Positions 14,084 to 26,570 of a stretch of DNA of 64,000 nucleotides are shown here, piece after piece; position 1 is the first letter of the stretch; every line of letters begins with the position of its first letter. A program made the translations under genes and the position numbers. Source of the stretch: Macrostomum lignano (taxonomy: Eukaryota); assembly GCA_002269645.1 (NCBI GenBank), contig NIVC01000262.1, forward strand, positions 313,412 to 377,411, given 5' to 3'. The notes beneath the pieces were generated by a model. That model was not told the origin of the DNA. It saw only the letters and a list, made by a program, of their open reading frames with translations, and ran no database searches.

Positions 14084-14671
14084 TAGTCTAGTAGTCCTTG
14101 TGTTGTCGTACGTATGCATTCGCGAGATAAATAAACTGCACGATTTTCAACATAATATGTGCTGATTGCAGTAGCTCCAGGCTATTTATTTCAGAAATTT
14201 TGCTGTGTATAACCAGAAACACGCTATATGTATTATATTACTTTGTGGTTTAGTCGTATTATTAGGTTGTTAACAGTATCTTAAACATTCCAATGTCTCC
14301 ATTGTACAGTATTTTCTCTTAATGAGAAAATATACTCATTAATACTCGTGCGCTGATTTGAGCGCACGAGTGCCATAGACTATTTTATCACGGGGCATCG
14401 TTATATTAACATTCCATTTCAATTTTTCAATTTTGACTTTTCAGTTAAAATAGTTTATGGCCATAGACGACTCCCAATCCTAGATTTTCTACTAAATTAG
14501 CATATGAACATACTACAGTAGCGGGACCAGCGAATAACGACGAATTACTAAGGGCATAGAAGCAACACAAACCTCAGAACGCATTGGCTTTTGTTTTAAA
14601 TCGTCATCGATCAAAGATAGTCTCAATTTTCGAATAATTTTGAAAGCTTCCCTGGAGGCAGGTTTGCACCA

Positions 14672-16318
14672 TCACTGCACGTTGGGCATTTTCGATGCAT
14701 CGTCCGACGCCACTTGCTTGACGCCTCGAAGCTCCGACGATGGAACTTCAGCTTCTACAGTTTTCTGCTCGTCTTTGTAACGATGGTAACCAGCTAACAC
14801 GCAGTCGTGCAGCAGTTCCACTAGCTCCATCACTGACAGAAGCGACATGCCCAGGAACAGGCCGAGAAGGCCGCCAATATCAGCTGTCAACGAGTTGATC
14901 GTGTAGGAGACGGCCAGCTGCGTCTCTGAACATTTATCATCGTCTGCTGACAGAGTCATCTGCATGAGCGACCTGCTCGCCTCGCTTCCCGACGCGTTAT
15001 TGAACAAGTATTGAATGCCTGGCAGAGGCTTTATATCGCTGGTCACCCGGCTAGTGACCAACTTGTAGTTGATAAAGCCTTTCAGGTACTCGTTGTACAG
15101 TCTCGGGGAAGGCCAGGGTGAAGAGGATGGCTTGAACGAGTAGAACCTTCGTTTGCAGGGCTTTTGGCCGCGACAATTTCTGAGCGCAGTGATAGAAATC
15201 AAGCTGCGAAGCGTGTCATAGCTGGACATCTGGCTGCTCTGATTGGGGAAGGCCGTCATGTTGAAGCAGGACTGGAGGTCGCGGTACTCCCACGGTGTTG
15301 GAGTTCGCAGCAGCGAGCAGTTCAGCATGGACTTCGAGACCTTGTGAACCTCCCTGTGCAAGCAGGCGTAGTACTCGTACTGGAAAGTCTCTCTCTCCCC
15401 AGTGTACGGATTCCAGTAGTCAACTCCTTCTGTGCCCTCTACATCGAGACACTGTCCGACAAAGTCATTCGGCTTCATGATGACATCCTCCATTCCTAGC
15501 TCTAGCTCAAGCTTCTGGCCGCCACCAAGTACAAACTGAGTGCTAAAGTCGTTGGGTAGCATGCCTCTAGGTGTAATAAAGGTCCGAAAGCCGTCCGTTC
15601 TCGTGTAATCGAAGCCATAGTTGAAATCCCAATCGCTCGGCTTGAGGTTGGTTCTGCCGGCGTAGCCTTCGAACACGTCCTGACGGGTGTTGTTTTCGAT
15701 CGGTGCCGACACCTGGGGATCGGAGAACAGCGTGACAGTCAGCCTGCTAGCTGGGGCACTTAGACTAATCCTATCAGCGTCTGATAGATTCAATAGGAAG
15801 CAGTTCAGGTAGATGTTGCTGTGATGCAAGATGACCTTATTTCGCATGTCGACGTCGTTAATGGTCAGATCAATGATGGATTGCCAAGTCTGGCGGCCCA
15901 AAACGTCCGACAGGAACTTGAATGGCAGGCTGTTGATCATTCTCACTGCGTACTCCTCCATTTGACTGTCCGGAGGTGCGTATTTCAGAACGGTGTCGTT
16001 AATCATGTCCCTGTACCGGTTGATAAACTGGTCATTTTCACGGCTCAAAGACACGGAATAGCTCCCCGAAATGGGGCTCTCGTTGCAGATGTACAAATCA
16101 GGAAACTCAAAGTCGACAGCGCCTTCCTTTACCATGGTGGTCACTTCCCCTCCGAAGAACTTATTGAAAGCTTCCGCTATTCGCAAGCCGCAGAATGCAA
16201 AGGAAACCGCGAAAGCTGCAAACCAAATCAGCTTCACGTAGAGCCTGCGCTGGCCAGTGAAGTGAACCAGCGCGTGAACTGTGCTCTCGTTAAAGAACTT
16301 TTCGATCGGCTGAAGCAT
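14672..16318 (-). CDS. DEG/ENaC/ASIC-family sodium channel subunit, intronless, 548 aa
   Basis: Single ORF: ESTVHAL pre-TM1 segment, TM1 (LIWFAAFAVSFAFCG), FPDLYICN (FPxxTxCN equivalent), Cys-rich thumb region, TM2 SLTADIGGLLGLFLGMSLLSVMEL with a G-x-S filter. Confidence 0.92.
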   Translation of the reverse strand: MLQPIEKFFNESTVHALVHFTGQRRLYVKLIWFAAFAVSFAFCGLRIAEAFNKFFGGEVTTMVKEGAVDFEFPDLYICNESPISGSYSVSLSRENDQFINRYRDMINDTVLKYAPPDSQMEEYAVRMINSLPFKFLSDVLGRQTWQSIIDLTINDVDMRNKVILHHSNIYLNCFLLNLSDADRISLSAPASRLTVTLFSDPQVSAPIENNTRQDVFEGYAGRTNLKPSDWDFNYGFDYTRTDGFRTFITPRGMLPNDFSTQFVLGGGQKLELELGMEDVIMKPNDFVGQCLDVEGTEGVDYWNPYTGERETFQYEYYACLHREVHKVSKSMLNCSLLRTPTPWEYRDLQSCFNMTAFPNQSSQMSSYDTLRSLISITALRNCRGQKPCKRRFYSFKPSSSPWPSPRLYNEYLKGFINYKLVTSRVTSDIKPLPGIQYLFNNASGSEASRSLMQMTLSADDDKCSETQLAVSYTINSLTADIGGLLGLFLGMSLLSVMELVELLHDCVLAGYHRYKDEQKTVEAEVPSSELRGVKQVASDDASKMPNVQ

Positions 16319-16579
16319 TGTTGGAGCTATCAGAACTCAGATTTTTTAGGCGGTTAAACTTGGCATCCACTCACAAGTCCTTGATTTATAGCTTCACAGT
16401 GCAGTTACTGGATGCACAGATATTCCGCTCTGATCTGATTGGTTAATCCATGAGGGATGGAGAAGCTGACGGTTCAATTACTCTCCTATGCAGTTGAAAC
16501 ACAGTTTTGCCTCAAAGTTTTTACAGATTTAGGAAACTTTTTTTCAGAGCTCAAATATTGATTCCTCCTGCTCTTCTGT

Positions 16580-16627
16580 CTGTGCTCAGAACTTATATAC
16601 TCAACGATATATAAGTTCTGAGCACAG
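16580..16627. other. Perfect 20-bp inverted repeat with 8-nt spacer
   Basis: CTGTGCTCAGAACTTATATA-CTCAACGA-TATATAAGTTCTGAGCACAG, about 260 bp upstream of the ENaC start codon. Confidence 0.9.
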
Positions 16628-17299
16628 TCCCCCCAGTCCACTTTCTATATAATAGTAATATTTAGTTAGCTGAGCAAACTGACTCTCCCCAGCGGTTTAG
16701 CAAAGTGTTTAAGTTTACATAAACCGTGAGAACTTTTAAATTTAGAACTTTTAAGTGAGGGTTTCGCCAAGAATTAAAATAAAGTACGGTACTAATGCCG
16801 CTGAAGATTATCAATTAACATAACACTGAGTGAATTTTGTAGTGGTTTATATAATACGCTTGTAGTTTATATCAAACTACATGTATTTGGTTAGCTATAA
16901 AAATTGTATGAGCACACATCACTACAATGTGGATCCCGGGTCCCGACTGCTTACTGATGCATGTTTAATGTGTCTTGATAGCTTAGTGTGCCCAAGTGTG
17001 TGTCCTGACTGGTGTGTCTTAGTGTATTTCGATGGGAGTTCCTCAATGTGTCCTGGTGTGCCTAAATGTTTTCTCAAAACCACAACTTCATTCAACATGT
17101 TTCGTCTATGGTAATTTCAGACTGTTCCGCTTAACTTTTCGTTCCAGATGTTTAGTCTATGGCCATCACTTGGCTTGCGCCAAGTAAAAAATGCCTATGA
17201 CACAAATCTCTAGAATCACTTAGTGAACAATTCCCGTCTGGGAAGTTGTGTCCTAGCCGTTTTGAATTGGTTTTTTGACGAAAATAAACACAATTCCAC

Positions 17300-17417
17300 T
17301 ATTGAGAGGTCACGCTTCACATACAACTGCCATAGCGTCGAGGCCGGTAGGTCGAGACGCGGTAAGGCCTCAACCTCGACGCTATGGCAGTTGTGTGTGA
17401 AGCGTGACCTCTCGATA
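17300..17417. other. 44-bp inverted repeat with 30-nt loop (MITE-like foldback or RNA hairpin)
   Basis: 17300-17343 pairs with 17374-17417 with only two mismatches (T17303/G17414, T17322/G17395). TA at 17300-17301 and 17416-17417. Confidence 0.85.
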
Positions 17418-18229
17418 ATAATACATTGCTAACTGGCGCATGGAGTGGCGACTTTTCAATGTTTCTGAGTATATTTAATAAAATAACTTTGAAATTTCTA
17501 GCCAACTTGAAAAAAATCCTTGTCCAAGCGAAAGATGAAATGCTAGCAATTTTGCATCTACGCATTCATGCAGGGAATTAGAGTACCTGATATCTTTTAG
17601 AGGACATCAATCACTGCAGCTGGAAGCTGTATAAGTGACTGGGAGAAGAGGAGATGCAGCTTAATGCCAATAAAACCCTAAAGACTTTTGTCAATGTCTG
17701 TGGCTATGCAGCCCAACTTACTTGATGCATCGATTTATGAAGTCCATTAAAAAGTAGCCCTTTCTTCAACTTGGCTGTTCAACTGTCTACTCGCATCATT
17801 GTCCTGTCAAAATCTTAGCTATGAGATATGTATGAAAATGTGGGCGTGAAATGTTTTCTCTATCTTTTGTTTCAGAATAGTCCAAGAGAAATTGCTCACT
17901 GGCGTATAGAGTGGCGACTTTTCAATGTTGCTGAGTACACAAGCATGCACGAGTAGCGCTCTTAAATGTATTTTCTCAACTTTCGAAACTGAAAATCAAA
18001 TAGCGGCAAGCACTCTTCACCTCCACGTAGGTAAAGTTAAATATATTGACTAGAAAGAAACAGATAAAGATATTTCTGTTTGTCGAGGACAAATGCTCAA
18101 ACAAACCCATTCACCATTCGACATCCGTTAATCTGAATCAACAGATTAACTAATTGATAACAGTGGAGCCAAATGCTGTTCCATTGCATTGCAGACAGCA
18201 GCTCAGGCAGAAACGGACCAATCAAAGCT

Positions 18230-18483
18230 ATCCTGATTGCTTCAAGCGGCTGCTACCTGATTGAGGCTGCCGGAGCCAGAGGAGGCAGCAACACCTTGAC
18301 GAGCACCACAGGTGGCCCAGGAGCCCAGGTGAGCGCCAGAGTCAACCTAGCTGACAGCCGACACCCAACTGTGCACCGTTGGGGGCCAGACGGCCGGGCG
18401 GCTCGACCTCCCTGGACTACGAAGTCGGCGGCGGAAGCGGCCGCAGTTTCGTGTATCGGACGAACAACCAGGCAACTCCTTAG
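18230..18483 (+). pseudogene. Decayed ALK/LTK-type glycine-rich domain fragment
   Basis: GCYLIEAAGARGG...TGGPGAQVSARVNL, then (shifted frame) TQLCTVGGQT, then (shifted again) GGGSGRSFVY...TP*. This follows the Y.IEA.GA.GG / L.I.VGQ.G / GGGGGSFV pattern with two frameshifts and a stop. Confidence 0.55.
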
Positions 18484-18519
18484 GTGAAGTTTACTAGAAT
18501 CGTGTCGCGGGAGGGTGAA

Positions 18520-19000
18520 AGTCGCTGGAGGGTGAGTGTCGCGGAAGGGTGAGTGTCGCAGGAGGGTGAGTGTCGCGGGAGGGTGAGTGCATGTCGCGGG
18601 AGGGTGAGTGTCGCAGGAGGGTGAGTGTCACGGATTTAAGGGTGAGTGTCGCGGGAGGGTGAGTGTCGCGGGAGGGTGAGTGTCGCGGGAGGGTGAGTGT
18701 TGCGGGAGGGTGAGTGTCGCGGGAGGGCGAGTGTCGCGGTAGGGTGAGTGTCGCAGGAGGGTGAATGTCGCGGAAAGGTGAGTGTCGCGGAAGGGTGAGT
18801 GTCGCGGCAAGGGTGAGTGTTGCGGGAGGGTGAATGTCGCGGAAAGGTGAGTGTCGCGGAAGGGTGAGTGTCGCGGCAAGGGTGAGTGTCGCGGAAGGGT
18901 GAGTGTCATAGGAGGGTGAGTGTCGCGGAAGGGTGAATGGCGCAGGAGCGTGCAGACTGAGGGTGAGTAGCGCAGAAGGGTGAGTGTCGCGGTAGGATGA
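18520..19000. repeat. 17-bp G-rich minisatellite
   Basis: Unit gcgggagggtgagtgtc. Confidence 0.92.
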
Positions 19001-20364
19001 GTGACGAATCGTACGTACATGTACTTCATTGGCATGGGTTCGATCATGTATAGAATCCGCTGTGTGGGTGGGATCTAGATGGGATAAAACTAAAACTATA
19101 TTGTTCGACAAAATTTTTAGAATCGGTGTTGTCAGCGCTCATTTTAGCTCTCCAGGCACTGTAGAATTTTCTTTAATTGATTATTGAATAAGAGCAAGGC
19201 GGTGGTTCATTTAGTTATTTACCAACGTAACTTAGATCAAAGAGAAAACAAGGGGAGAGTGAGTGATTTGTTTCACTGCCGCCGCCGTGTATTTATAGCT
19301 TTGTTATTGCCTTCCGGAAATTTCTAGAAAGATTCAGCTAATTTTAACAAAGCGAAATAACTCTTTAATTATATACATTACGTAAATATAATTAGAACAT
19401 TAATACTTAAGTGATAATTAATTATTTACTATTTATATGCGTATGTTATAGATTAGCTGCTAACTCAAAGAAGTTTCTGGAAATAGTTTTTGACTTTTAG
19501 AATATCTGAAGAAATTGATCGGGAAAGTTATTAAAGTACGCTACAGCACACATTCGCCGCAGGCACTCATTTTGGCGCCGCAAGCACCGATCATTTTGGC
19601 GCCACAGGCACTCCTTTCAGCGCTACAGACACTCATTTTGGCTTAACTTGTAATTATGATTATGTCGCCGAATTTGTTTGTCGCCGAATTTGTTTATCGC
19701 CGAATTTGCATGCATCCGTTTTTTTCATACCGGAATTTTTAGAAAATTTTTTATGGTAAGACAAAAAAGTTATGATTTAATAAAGAAAAGCATGAAAAAT
19801 TTAAAAGGTTGTGCAAATTTTAAAATAAATTTAGTTTTAACGTTATTTTATGCTGCTTTATTGCAATCCATTATTAAAATTATTATGGTTTCTGGAAAAG
19901 AAAAAAGGTTCAAACTTAAAATTACACTAATGGAATTAATAACTGCTTGTGAATCATCATGACATATGCCTAAAGTCTATATATGCATGACTGCACTTCA
20001 GAGTTAGTACTACATCAAGATTAAAGAATGAATTGAAAAGCTAAATTCTTCTGTCTTATATAATTATAAGTACTACAAGCTGTTGAAACCCGCGGATTTT
20101 GAACCCGGGGAATTCTAATCTCCGGAACTACTTTTGCATGTATTCTGAAATCTAAGGCCATACACTAACAAATTAATAGTAGGATAGAGGTAGACATAAA
20201 ATGGAGCACATTTGTGTAAAATTAGGGTTTGAGGCAAACGTTGATATTGTTGGCTGGGGTACTGCGCAGAATGTCAGGCAATGTCTGTCTGACTCTAAAA
20301 CATATATTGCTAAACTCTGGTCTCTCCCTGACTCTCCCTACGTCCCTTGGATCCTTTAAAATTT

Positions 20365-20781
20365 CTATCGTCTCTTTGTTTCCTTTCTTCTCTCTCATCC
20401 CTCGTCTCTCCTCTCTCTTCTCTCCTCTCTTCTCTTGTATCTTCCCTCATCTCTCTTCTGTTTCATCTCTCTTCCCTATTCTTTTCTCTCTCCTCTTCTC
20501 TCTCCTTTCTACTTTTCGTTTTCTCTCTGCTCTTCTCTCTCCTCTCTACTCTTTCGTTTTCTCTCTCCTCTCCTCTCTCCTCTCTCCCCTCTTCTCTCGT
20601 CTCTCCCCTCACATCTTTCCTCTCTCTCTTTCCACTCATCTCTTTTCTTGTTTTATATCTTCTCTCTCCCCTCGTCGCCCGTCTCTTCCCTCACCTCTCT
20701 TCTCTCTCGTCTGCTCTTTCATCTCTCCTTTCTCTTCTTTTATCTTTTCTCTCTTATCTCTTCTCGTTTCTATCTGCTCTG

Positions 20782-20854
<73 letters not shown>

Positions 20855-21835
20855 TTTATTCTCCTATTTCCTCTTCTCTCTCCCTGTCTCTCCTCTCTCC
20901 TCTAGTCTCTGTAATCTCTTCTCTCCCATCTTTCTTCTCCTCTCTACTCTCTCCCCTCCATTCTCCTCTTTTCTCTCCTCTCGCCTCACTCACTTCTCTC
21001 TCCCTTTGTCTCTCCTCTCGTCTCTGTAATCTCTTCTCTCTTATCTCTCTTCTGTTCTCTCTATTCTCCCATCTCTCGTCTGTTCATTTTCGTCTCTGCT
21101 CTCAGCTCATCCCCCCTCTTTCATCTGTCATCTTTACTGTCTTAATGTTCTTTCATTTTGTCCTCTGTACTCTTTTCTTTCACCTCTTTTGTCTCCTCAC
21201 TTTCCTTTCTCCTTTCTTCTCTTCTCTTCTCTTCCCTCTTCTATATACTCTCTCCATCTCTTGTCTCGTCTCTTCTCTCTCCACTCTCCTCCTTTATCTC
21301 TCATCTCTCATTTCTCATCTCTCCTTACACCTCTCTCATCTGTACAACTTTATCTCTTCTCTCTTCCATTCTCTCTCTTATCTCTCCTTTCTCCTCTTTA
21401 CTAACTCCTCTCTACTCGCTCCTCTACACTCTCCTCTCCACTCGCTACTCTACTGTCTACTCTCTCCTATCTACTCTACTGTCTACTCTCTCCTATCTAC
21501 TCGCTCCTCTACTCGCTCCTCTACTCTCTCCTCTCTACTCGCCCCTCTACTCGCTCTTCTACTCTCTCCTCTCTACTCGCTCCTCTCTACTCTTTCCTCT
21601 CCACTCGCTACTCTACTCTCTACTCTCTCCTCTCTACTCGCTACTCTACTCTCTCCTCTCTACTCGCTCCTCTCTACTCTTTCCTCTCTACTCGCTCCTC
21701 TACTCTCTCCTCTCTACTCGCTCCTCTACTCTCTCCTCTCTACTCTCTCCTCTCATCGTCCTCACTCCCTCATCTCTCCTATTATCTTTTATCTTTTCTC
21801 TTATTCCCTCTCTCACCTCTCCTCTCTTTTCGAAT
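20365..21835. repeat. CT-rich low-complexity tract with central (CT)n
   Basis: Direct reading; source of the Ser/Leu-rich pseudo-ORFs. Confidence 0.9.
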
Positions 21836-22469
21836 AGTCTATTCCTTCTTCTCCCCACTCTCAACTGCCCCTCAGCCATAAGCTGGATTCTTTTCTGGAC
21901 TTAGAGGTAAAAGTCTGCCCATTCCTGCTTAGAAAGCCAGTTTGTGGGACGTAGTACTCTCATGGCTGTTCTCATGCTTTGATCATGTCACCTTTCTTGC
22001 CAATTTGCAAGCCCTGAAAAGAATTTTTGTATCTTCAGCTCCACTGCAGTCTGCATCAGTCTAACAACCAAGGAAATACGCATTTCTTAGGAGGCCATTT
22101 AAAATTTACACAGTACCTTTAAAAGAAACCTAAAATTTCCATGGTGTGCCTAATTTAGTAGGGTTATATTGCATTGCATCGCATCGCCTTTTCATAAATC
22201 TTTCGCTTTTACAAACCATGCTGGATTCCCTCGATTTGCCAATTGCCATCCAGTGTTAAACTGCTGCAGAGTTTGCCAATACAGAGGGGAGGGCAGTGGT
22301 TAGAATTCTCACTAAACTGTTATGGCTAAACGTAGCCTCTCCACTCTCGGGGTGCAGAGAAGGTTATAAATAAAGCTATTCCAAAACACTGTACATTCGC
22401 TATGTACATTGAGCCCTATCGCCTGACCCTTCGTCTGGACTGCGGGAATGAGTGAGTTGAGCGCCACAA

Positions 22470-23038
22470 ACAACAGAAAAAGCAGACAAACTTCACATGC
22501 TTACAGTTTCTGTTCTGATTGAGTTACAGAGTTAAGACTTAACATTTAGACAGAGAATGAGTCAATGAAGAATTGTGTCAAGTTTGAAGTCAATCGCTTC
22601 ACGTGGAGCAAACTTATGGCAGCCGAAAGTTAGTCATTTTAAACCCCTTTTTCACATCTGGGCCCAGATCGGGAAAGAGAGGCAGGCGGGCGGAGGTTGG
22701 GGTGGCTGCCTCGCTGAAAAAACAGCCTAACTTTAAAAGTGCACAGCGGCTTTCAGGAGTAACTTTGAGATTTGAAATTTTACACGATTGTGTCAAAATA
22801 GTTGAAAATTGCCTGTGTCAAATTTGAAGAGAATCGGTAGAAGTGGAGCGGCGCTATGGAGGATTTAGTTAAAAAATCGCGCATTTTGAGCAGTTTTTTG
22901 TACTTTTAGGTAGGAAGACTTGAGTCTAGGAAATTAAAAGGTAGCCTAAGACATTCTCCGTAGTAAGTTTAGGGTGGGTGTAAAGTTTGGTGTAATTTGG
23001 TTGAGCGGTTTGGGAGTCCATAGCGAAGTAATTTGTCC

Positions 23039-23083
<45 letters not shown>

Positions 23084-23108
23084 GTTTTGATTTTTATAGG
23101 TAGAGATT
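22470..23108 (+). mobile_element. Non-autonomous Helitron/Helentron-like (Lep1/HINE-type) element
   Basis: Internally repeated gtgtcaa(g/a)tttgaag..aatcg blocks, then aagtttggtgtaatttggttgagcggtttgggag, (ACAG)n microsatellite and gatttttataggtagagat end. This layout is typical of microsatellite-seeding Helitrons. Boundaries approximate. Confidence 0.5.
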
Positions 23109-26100
23109 GCACTAAAAGTTTTTACTAGAATCTTTAACACATTTTAATTTTTTATTTAAAACTGACACCCAAATCTTATTGCGATTTTATTGAGTTTATT
23201 GCTACAAAAATATTTAAATATAAAAAGAAAAGGCAAAACAAAAGCTTTTTGCCAAAACATTGATTACCAAAATAACTTTTTGCCAACATTTTTTGCCAAT
23301 ATTATTTTGCTAAAATGACTGGTTATTAGGCCTAGGCCATGCCCATATGTGATCATCAATAGCAAATTATATACATTCGTCATTGGGTAGAACAATTGCT
23401 ATGCTATGGTCAACTTATATTTATATTTACATTATACATTATATTTATATTTACAACTTATATTTTACTATTTTAATTAATAAACCATTAATCTATTATA
23501 GGCCTAATATGTGCCATTAACTTAACTGTATTGGGTAGGCCTATATATAATAAGGTTTACAAACTAGTATAAAAATAAGTTTTCTAGATATAATATATGC
23601 CTCAAGTTGAGACTTGAGTCAAGTAATAGTGATGCAGGCCTCTTTCTTGTATTACAAGTTAGGCACCAATGTTGTTGTAGGCTAGGGGTTACTTCTGCCT
23701 TTTAGAATGCTATTACCAAGTTGATATAAAGGTCAAACTTCTCTTCAAATCTCATTTTTTTGCCATTAAAAGTTTTAAAAAGGTTTCTAATGTTCCTATT
23801 ACTTATATACTTTTACTGATATTTAATGTAGAAATCTAACAAAGACTAACTTTATAAAATAACTTATTGCTAAAAATTAACAATTTTAAAAAATGTATAT
23901 TCATTCTAAATAATACATTTGATACTGATAGTAGGCCCTATGATCTAGCTATAAGGCTAGATCATTTAGCTAACTTTTTGACACTAAGTGCCAATTGTTC
24001 TATAAATGTTATATGAAAGTTTAGTATAAATAATTGATTTGGCCTATTTTCAATTTTATGTGGCAGTGGGATACCACTGATCAGTGGAAAACATTATCTG
24101 AAATTTATGTAACATCCCCGGGATTTTACCCCCCTACAAACCCGGGATTTTTGTCATCATTTCTTCCAACCTCCAGTGTGAGTTCTCCCTCTCCTGTCCC
24201 TGGCCCTGTTTGTCTTGTCAATGTTTTTGCATTTTCTTCCCATTTGTCCTTGTGCTTTTCTGTCTGGTCCATTCCCGGTGTCCTGCCCTTGTCACCTTTT
24301 CTCCTCTCGCTACCCTTCTCAACGTACTACTTAAACATTGTGCTCAGTGCATTTTTTGCATGCCTTTCCTCTTTCCCCTTCTTCCCTCCCTTTTCCACTT
24401 TTACTACTATTCTCTTGGCTTGATTCTCCGTTTTAACAGCCTTGCATTTAATAGTCATTTTGCGTGAATAGTTAAAATTCATTAGTGCATGAGTAGTTTA
24501 GTTGCCAAGTAACAGTTTTTTTTCTTTCTTTTAATAGCCTATGCCTCCGGCACCCGTGGAGAAACCTCGTCAGTTATTCAGCCTGCAAATTTAACAATAA
24601 TAATAACTGAAGTAAACTGCAACTTAATAATTCTATTAATATTTCCGTTGACTTTAAGCCATAGTCTCTCTTGAGTCATTGCCTGTGGGGCGTAAAATAA
24701 CCAAGTTCTCATCTCAAAGAAAGCTCTGAGACTTACTCGTTTCGTAATACATAAATTATGGTGGTGGCAGCAACTACCCTATTGAAAGCAACAAGCTCAG
24801 CAAATTGACACATTAATTTACGGTGTCAACAATCTCCGGTGTTTCATCACTTTGAACAACCGCGCCACTACACGGCCGCTCTGCTACGATTACGACTACC
24901 CTCCCCCCGGACTTGAGAACCCGGCAGTCGGAGTAAAAGGAGAAGAAATTCGTTGTGATTTGTCTGCGCGATTTTCTAGAGTTAATTTGTGTGAACTCAA
25001 CGCCGCTTGGGTTTTTGAAGAAACCCAACATTTCAAACCCACCAACTTTCAAATTTTTCATTCTTCTCCACCCCCACCTCATATATAAGCCCTATTAATA
25101 ACCTTTTCCTAATATTAATATATAGAAAATTGACTAATTTAGTTTGATCTTCTTAATATGGTTTTACAGAAAGTGATAAGTATATACTAGAATAAATTTT
25201 AAGAACAATCTATGTACTATGTATAAATCATTTATATGTTTTATTAGCTACTGCTAGTGTTCCGCCATAAGGAGGGTCTATGTACTATAGCCATAGCTAT
25301 AAGCAAAACTATGGCTTATTCCAATATTTTGTATTCCGCAGCCACAGGGACCCTAATATTATCATACTCCTGTAGTTCTCGTAGCTATAGCCATAGTTTT
25401 AACAATAAGTCTAAAAAACAAAATATTTTGATTCAAAAAGATAACCTAGTGCCTAAACAACTGCAAATTAAGTTAAAAAATAAAAGAAACATTCAATTGC
25501 CTTTGTAAGATTATATTTTGTCTTTTTTCAGAGCAATAATACTTAATTGTGACTGAAAATACTAATGTTGAACTTTTTCACATTTATAAAAATTAGAGTT
25601 TGCTAGAGTTTTATTGTACTTTTTAAGTATATTTTATAAATTTCTAAGTTGACAATATAGTTTACTAAAGTATTATTTTTTATTCTACCTGTTCTAATAT
25701 TTTTTTTAATTTAAAAAAATTAAAATTATTAGTTCTACAGCTGCAGGAATCTATGGAATATGACAGCAACTACCATATTTCTATAGTTATAGCTGTAAGA
25801 GCAGCTAGCTACTATAGGCATATCTGTAGCTGCCATAGGCACCTGGGTCATTCCATATAATGACGGTTGTAACATTCTTACATACAAGCTCATGAATTAG
25901 TCCCTGTAATAAGCTAAAATCGTTTATATTTGAGTCATTCTAAAAGCAAAATATGTCTGTTACACTAAAAAAAAATTGTTTTACTCATTTGACTAATGAT
26001 AACAAAATAAATTGAAGGCTAAGTTACATGATGGTCGTAACAAGAGAAATCGAAACAGTTGAAGGATGTCTTTTGTATTTGTGAATTTACTCAATCTACA

Positions 26101-26462
26101 AATCTTAGAGGCACTGTAATGAATAATAATGTGTTGAAATGTTATTACAACAAGAAAAAATAGTGCACATAATAATTGCATAACAACTCTTTGAACTATT
26201 AAATTTGTTTTAAACCTTGCGGTCGTAACATTGCGGTCGTAACAAATTTCAAACTACTGACTTCTAATTTTTTTCATTTCAGATCAACAAAGTACTATCC
26301 CTTGGCAAATTTCTACCTTTGAATAATAAATGAATAATAGAATAGCTATTTTTTGTGTTATCAACCATTTCAGACCAATATTTTCATCACTGAATAGTCA
26401 GAAGTTGTGGCAAGCATAAGAAGCATAAGTTGGAAGAATAAGTTCATGGAAGACCATCAAAA

Positions 26463-26570
26463 CGGAAGTGGCCCCGCCTGTCGACAGGAGTTGGTGGGCT
26501 AATTTCCTGAATTATATCTATTTGATAATAATAAATTTCGTCCTTCTTCTTAGGCCACATGAAATGGCGG
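26463..26570 (+). promoter_or_regulatory. Possible housekeeping promoter motif cluster upstream of ARPC5
   Basis: CGGAAGTG (ETS-like), GCCCCGCC (GC box) and AAATGGCGG (YY1-like) clustered in AT-rich DNA about 1.6 kb upstream of the ARPC5 ATG. Motif match only. Confidence 0.25.

Noticed and set aside
14344-14371. 11-bp GC-rich hairpin as a Helitron 3' end
   Set aside because: The hairpin is real but no CTRR terminus follows at the expected distance.
15164-16357. Plus-strand ORFs overlapping the ENaC gene (likewise those antisense to the NLR, BRCA2 and G-alpha)
   Set aside because: Antisense shadow frames of GC-rich coding sequence, with no independent motifs.
20229-21904. Ser/Leu-rich ORFs up to 496 aa
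   Set aside because: CT-rich low-complexity DNA; no domain or splice structure.
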